Shown here: piece after piece, positions 31,562 through 32,945 of the stretch
How the letters are laid out: each line of letters opens with the position of its first letter
Numbering within the stretch: position 1 is the stretch's first letter
DNA from: Mycobacteriales bacterium
Lineage (GTDB): Bacteria > Actinomycetota > Actinomycetes > Mycobacteriales > SCTD01
Assembly: GCA_046594005.1 (NCBI GenBank)
Contig: JBKJQM010000293.1
Span: forward strand, 1-32,945
Direction of reading: 5' to 3'
Length of the DNA stretch: 32,945 nt
The notes under the pieces: generated by a model
The model's database searches: none
What the model was told of the DNA's origin: nothing
Seen by the model: the letters and a program-made list of their open reading frames with translations, nothing else
Program-made: the position numbers and the translations under genes

Positions 31562-31638
31562 TAGCGGCGCACCGCGGTGCACAGGGCGCCGAGGAGCAGC
31601 AGGCCGAGCAGGGTGCGGGGGTCGGTGGTCGTCCCCAC
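31561..31638 (-). CDS. Candidate 25-codon micro-ORF encoding a hydrophobic peptide that bridges metH and the HAD gene
   Basis: GTG at 31638..31636 and TAG at 31563..31561. The peptide is VGTTTDPRTLLGLLLLGALCTAVRR. All 25 sense codons end in G or C. The start overlaps the metH TAG by 1 nt and the stop overlaps the HAD GTG by 1 nt (TAGTG at both ends). Confidence 0.4.
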   Translation of the reverse strand: MGTTTDPRTLLGLLLLGALCTAVRR

Positions 31639-32945
31639 TACCGGGCCGCGAAGTACTTGGCCTCGGGGTGATGGGCGATGATCGCCGACGTCGACTGCTC
31701 GGGCGTGAGCTGGAACTCCTCGCTCAGCTCGACGCCGATCCGGTCCCACTCCAGCAGCTCGGCGACCTTGGTCTGGTCCTCGACGTCGGGGCAGGCGGGG
31801 TAGCCCCAGGCGTAACGGGCGCCGCGGTGCTCCAGCTTGAGGATCCCGGACAGGTCGCGCGCGTCCTCGTCGCCGAAGCCCAGCTCGGCCCGCACCCGCG
31901 CGTGCCAGAACTCCGCCAGCGCCTCGGTCAGCTGCACGGACAGGCCGTGCAGCTCGAGGTACTCGCGGTAGGAGTCCTTGGCGAACAGGTCGCCGGCGAC
32001 CTCGCTCACCCGGCGGCCCATGGTCACGACCTGGAAGGCGACGACGTCGACCTCGCCGGACTCCTGCGGCCGCCAGAAGTCGGCCAGGCACAGCCGCCGG
32101 TCGCGGCGCTGGCGCGGGAAGGTGAAGCGTGCCCGCTCGTCGCCGGTGGAGGAGTCCAGCACGATCAGGTCGTCGCCCTTGGAGACCGCCGGGAAGTACC
32201 CGTGCACGACGGCGGCCTGCATGATGCCCTCGGTCTGCACCTGCGACAGCAGGGCGCGCAGCCGCGGCCGGCCCTCGGTCTCGACGAGCTCCTCGTAGGA
32301 GGGGCCGGCGCCGGCGCGCGAGCCGCGAAGCCCCCACTGGCCGAGGAACAGCGCCCGCTCGTCGATCCACGAGGCGTAGTCGGCCAGCGCGATGCCCTTG
32401 GTGATCCGCGAGCCCCAGAAGGGCGGTTCGGGGATGCGGTTGTCGGTCGCCACGTCCGAACGGCCGGCCGGCTCGTCGGAGGCCTCGTCGGCCTCCCGGG
32501 CCGCGCGCGACTCCGCGATCGCCCGGGAGCGCGCATGACGCGCCTTGCGCTCGTCGTCCTTGGCCTGCTGCTCCGCCGAGGCCTCGGGGGTCACGAGGCC
32601 GCGCTTCTCGCCCATCAGCTGGTCCATCAGGCGCAGGCCCTCGAAGGCGTCGCGCGCGTAGGTCACCCGTCCGTCGAACACCTCGTCGAGGTCCTGCTCG
32701 ACGTACGCCCTGGTGAGCGCCGCCCCGCCCAGGATGACCGGGTAGTTCGACGCCATCCCGCGGGAGTTCATCTCCAGCAGGTTCTCCTTCATGATCACCG
32801 TCGACTTGACGAGCAGCCCGGACATGCCGATGACGTCGGCGCCGTGCTCCTCGGCCGCCTCCAGGATGGCGTTGACCGGCTGCTTGATGCCGAGGTTGAC
32901 CACGGTGTAGCCGTTGTTGGACAGGATGATGTCGACGAGGTTCTT
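31638..32945 (-). CDS. metH: Cobalamin-dependent methionine synthase, 3' part (end of the B12-binding domain plus the AdoMet activation domain); 5' end outside the window
   Basis: The frame is open to the right edge (KNLVDIILSNNGYTVVNLGIKQ...). Supporting motifs are GADVIGMSGLLVKST and, in the activation domain, FWGSRI, RFTFPRQ, RGARYAWGYPACPD and IIAHHPEAKYF. Confidence 0.95.
   Translation of the reverse strand, partial: KNLVDIILSNNGYTVVNLGIKQPVNAILEAAEEHGADVIGMSGLLVKSTVIMKENLLEMNSRGMASNYPVILGGAALTRAYVEQDLDEVFDGRVTYARDAFEGLRLMDQLMGEKRGLVTPEASAEQQAKDDERKARHARSRAIAESRAAREADEASDEPAGRSDVATDNRIPEPPFWGSRITKGIALADYASWIDERALFLGQWGLRGSRAGAGPSYEELVETEGRPRLRALLSQVQTEGIMQAAVVHGYFPAVSKGDDLIVLDSSTGDERARFTFPRQRRDRRLCLADFWRPQESGEVDVVAFQVVTMGRRVSEVAGDLFAKDSYREYLELHGLSVQLTEALAEFWHARVRAELGFGDEDARDLSGILKLEHRGARYAWGYPACPDVEDQTKVAELLEWDRIGVELSEEFQLTPEQSTSAIIAHHPEAKYFAAR

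Noticed and set aside
1-32945. Search for mobile-element or defence-system hallmarks (integrase, transposase, tRNA, inverted terminal repeats, nucleases, helicases, toxin-antitoxin pairs)
   Set aside because: I found none in any frame. The remodelling evidence at 26220-29065 consists only of gene remnants and duplicated gene ends.

Overview
This is a high-GC, actinobacterial-type chromosomal window. True reading frames show almost exclusively G/C at third codon positions, and I used that to choose frames and starts. The ORF track renders GTG starts as M. Many of its longest ORFs are Arg/Pro/Gly-rich shadow frames or run-on 5' extensions of real genes.

Positions 473-28162 are a tightly packed cell-surface glycan biosynthesis locus in several transcription blocks. 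It contains:
- two GT4 glycosyltransferases, five GT2 glycosyltransferases (one fused to an extra C-terminal module) and a DUF707-like GT-A protein;
- two GT-C-like polytopic membrane proteins;
- a Wzx flippase, a Wzy-like polymerase and a Wzz/BY-kinase-like co-polymerase;
- a Wzm/Wzt ABC-2 exporter in the same locus;
- two CE4 deacetylases, a SAM methyltransferase and an APH-fold kinase-like protein;
- a two-domain (MDR plus Gfo/Idh/MocA) oxidoreductase and several small or unknown proteins.

The right end is the most unusual part. Positions 28166-29065 are a patch of three decayed gene remnants: a metH 3' end, an acyltransferase-3 C-terminus and a HAD 3' half. After it come the priming polyprenyl-phosphate sugar phosphotransferase, an intact HAD hydrolase, a possible 25-codon bridging micro-ORF and the 3' part of metH. 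The metH and HAD remnants are diverged direct copies of the intact genes about 3.5 kb and 2.2 kb away. I read this as a recombination or insertion scar at the edge of the glycan locus.

I saw no tRNA, rRNA, CRISPR array, integrase, transposase or recognisable defence genes. All functional calls rest on motif reading by eye, not on database searches.
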